Positions 56,168-56,169 of a DNA stretch of 56,169 nt are shown piece by piece. The stretch is from contig DUIB01000018.1 of assembly GCA_013330595.1 (NCBI GenBank), positions 1 to 56,169 on the forward strand. The letters run 5' to 3'. The translations under genes were made by a program, and so were the position numbers. Within the stretch, counting starts at the first letter, position 1, and every line of letters starts with the position of its first letter. The notes under the pieces were generated by a model, which saw nothing but the letters and a program-made list of their open reading frames with translations, was not told the DNA's origin and did not search any database. This DNA is from Candidatus Woesearchaeota archaeon (GTDB lineage: Archaea > Nanobdellota > Nanobdellia > Woesearchaeales > UBA9642).

Positions 56168-56169
56168 CA

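Overview
Strongly AT-rich, gene-dense archaeal chromosome segment. The gene content points to a small-genome archaeon, plausibly DPANN-like; that placement is inference from content and composition only. Supporting genes are Orc1/Cdc6, RtcB plus archease, an archaeal-type TyrRS, SecDF, membrane LonB, ribosomal proteins L21e/L15e/L31e/L39e/S19e, RNA polymerase subunit Rpo4/F, an XPD helicase, class III signal-peptide pilin-like proteins and an intron-containing tRNA. Many genes have TATA boxes about 25 nt upstream of the start codon or GGTGAT-type SD sites. Several ORF-track starts look too long and were trimmed to internal ATGs that fit these signals. The housekeeping backbone is interrupted by accessory or unusual material: (1) an IS4/IS5-type insertion sequence (9964-11182) in a small accessory patch between rtcB and tyrS. 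(2) Two dense arrays of short perfect hairpins (24761-24967 and 27783-28052), conserved in architecture but not in sequence, bracketing a surface-protein plus beta-CASP RNase gene pair. (3) A dispersed two-stem element present three times (25-170, 4169-4274, 49276-49326 minus) with compensatory changes in its stems and loop inserts of very different size. (4) An orphan five-ORF operon (37110-39771) divergent from a tandem Lrp/AsnC regulator. (5) A B12-radical-SAM/GT4/CE4-like/GT2 glycan cluster (43993-48441). (6) From about 49.2 kb to the window end, a foreign-looking block: a MITE-like element, an apparently truncated solo Cas1-like gene with no CRISPR array, RHH/C39-like peptidase/wHTH genes, a PD-(D/E)xK nuclease module, tiny higher-GC genes and a zinc-ribbon protein. 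No rRNA genes and no CRISPR array were found. All functional calls come from motif recognition by eye, with no database search.
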